This document shows positions 62,548 through 64,000 of a stretch of 64,000 nucleotides of DNA, piece after piece. The notes below the pieces were generated by a model, which was not told the DNA's origin, did no database searches, and worked only from the letters and a program-made list of their open reading frames with translations. Numbering within the stretch: the stretch's first letter is position 1; each line of letters opens with the position of its first letter. The DNA comes from a virus. The stretch is taken from positions 16,389-80,388 of IMG/VR virus record IMGVR_UViG_3300046168_000085. One strand, 5' to 3'. Made by a program: the position numbers and the translations under genes.

Positions 62548-64000
62548 TTAACCTTCAAAACTTGCACCGGTCGATTGCAATGTGAAATCAAGAACGATGA
62601 ATTCAACTGCACGGGCAGGTTGTAAGAAAATCTGTCCATAAAGAATGTTTCTGTCAATCAAGTCCGGAGTGTTGTTAGACTCATCCATAATTACACGAAA
62701 AGCATATAGACCATGTCTTTGTTGGACATTTTCTAAGTATGGATTAACAATACTCAAGAATCTTTGACGTGTTGCAGTAACATTTTGTTCAAAAATTAAG
62801 TATCTTGCAGAACTTGCAATAAACTTCTTAACAGTAATAAGCAAACGACGTACATTAACTCTATCCAACGCACTTGAACGACGTTGAAGAGTTTTTTGAC
62901 CGAATGCCACGATACCTTGACCAGGGAAAGCCGCAATAGGATTAACTTTACCTTCATACAATGTATCCCTTTCTGCAAATGTAAGACGATCCATTACTGA
63001 TACTGCTTGTTCAAGACCACCACGATTCAAACCCGCAGGTGCGAACCACTCTGCAGCCCACCTTGTCATTAGCCGCATACACAGATGCCATCAACGAACT
63101 TGGTGGGAATGGCATTAACTTGTTTGTCGCAGGATCAATAATTTTAACCCAAGGGTAATAAGTAGCTGCATAATTTGTATCAATTGTAGAAGCTTCGGCA
63201 ACTGCATCGTCAACACGACCTGGTTGGTCTTTTGCACTTACGCAATCAAGAATGTAAAAGCAATCTTCTCGGTTTTCACAAAGATCAACACCACGATTTA
63301 CAACTGATCTATGAAGATCAAGACTTAAACCAGGTGTCACGATAAGGTTGATATCAAACTCGTCTTGGTTACTAAGAGCAGCGAATGCACTCATATATGC
63401 GATTGTACCATTTGATGTTCGTTTAGAACAATCCATACCTTGAACATTTGTTGCAGTAATGTCTTTACCAAGATTAATTGGATGTGTTGGAGCATGACCA
63501 TCAAATCCACCTTGAAATCCTACCACAAATCTTCTAAGTTTTGCAATTTCTGTTTCTTGTGTTAAAGAAGGATTCGTATCGATAGCATCAACATAAAATG
63601 TTTCACGTTCTCCGTCAACTTCTTCTACATAACTACCAGGACGATCCATATAATATCCTTCACCCGAATCATCAGAACTTCTTGGAAGTGGTGCGAATAA
63701 CTCAACGGTATCTTTGGCAGACATAGGAAGTTCTAAAATCCCATCAGGAGAATCTTGATTAAAGACTGCACCGTTATAGTATCTTCCAGGATTTCTTCCA
63801 TATTGAGAAGCATGACTATAAATTGGATTTGGAACTGAAACTCCTGCGATTGGAGCCATGTATGAACCATGACCATATGGCATTGCCTGTGATGGGGCAA
63901 CACTGTCTGGGTTCATCTCTACACGAATCCAATTACTTGAATTTGCGTAGTCACCGTGATCAGTAAGTTTTCCTTTGTTATCAATAGTTGTGAAACGATC
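62548..64000 (-). CDS. Tail sheath protein, C-terminal part (indel near 63058; continues past the window edge)
   Basis: FQGGFDG, YAATYYPWV, PPS, EWFAPAGLNRG, VNPIA.FPGQG...GQKTLQ, ALDRVNVRRLL, FEQN, EFIVLDF. Confidence 0.93.

Noticed and set aside
5157-63078. Mass pseudogenisation suggested by many split genes
   Set aside because: Breaks are single-base indels that also hit essential genes (nrdA, helicase, sheath) whose motifs are otherwise intact; sequencing error is more parsimonious
1-64000. Alternative genetic code (stop-codon reassignment)
   Set aside because: Gene fragments lie in different frames rather than being separated by in-frame TAG/TGA, and all three stop codons end normal genes
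1-64000. CRISPR array, rRNA, transposase or reverse transcriptase
   Set aside because: No repeat-spacer periodicity or matching motifs noticed by eye

Overview
AT-rich segment (roughly one-third GC, judged by eye) of a large contractile-tailed (myovirus-like) dsDNA phage, with every credible gene on the minus strand. Transcription runs from high to low coordinates. First comes the tail module (sheath, tube, gp26-like/chaperone pair, tape measure, baseplate; 64000-48500). Next are a minimal family-A DNA polymerase, a PrkA(YeaG)-YeaH-SpoVR operon and a DNA methyltransferase, followed by the replication module (gp32-like SSB, RecA/UvsX, 5'-3' exonuclease, DnaB-like helicase, NrdA/NrdB). The rest is an unusually large block of host-type catabolic genes: an Ldh2-family oxidoreductase, fadA-fadB-fadE beta-oxidation, L-serine dehydratase, and an apparently complete arginine succinyltransferase (AST) pathway with DUF1338 and DUF962 genes. 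Phage-type ORFs are mixed in among these, along with nusG, an outer-membrane beta-barrel, an AAA/VWA pair, ribosomal protein bS21, tRNA-Ser(UGA) and thioredoxin. About 15 genes, including essential ones, carry single-base indels, which most likely reflects uncorrected long-read consensus error. I report those genes as reconstructed full-length genes. The most notable observations are: a phage-borne nitrogen/carbon starvation catabolism module (AST + SdaA + FadABE + YeaG/YeaH/SpoVR); a tyrosyl-radical-less class Ic-like NrdB; repeated sigma70-type promoters placed to give leaderless mRNAs (including rpsU and astB); and a candidate programmed frameshift in the tail chaperone. A PVC-superphylum (Verrucomicrobia-like) host is inferred from remembered sequence style only. 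All family assignments come from motif recognition; no searches were run.
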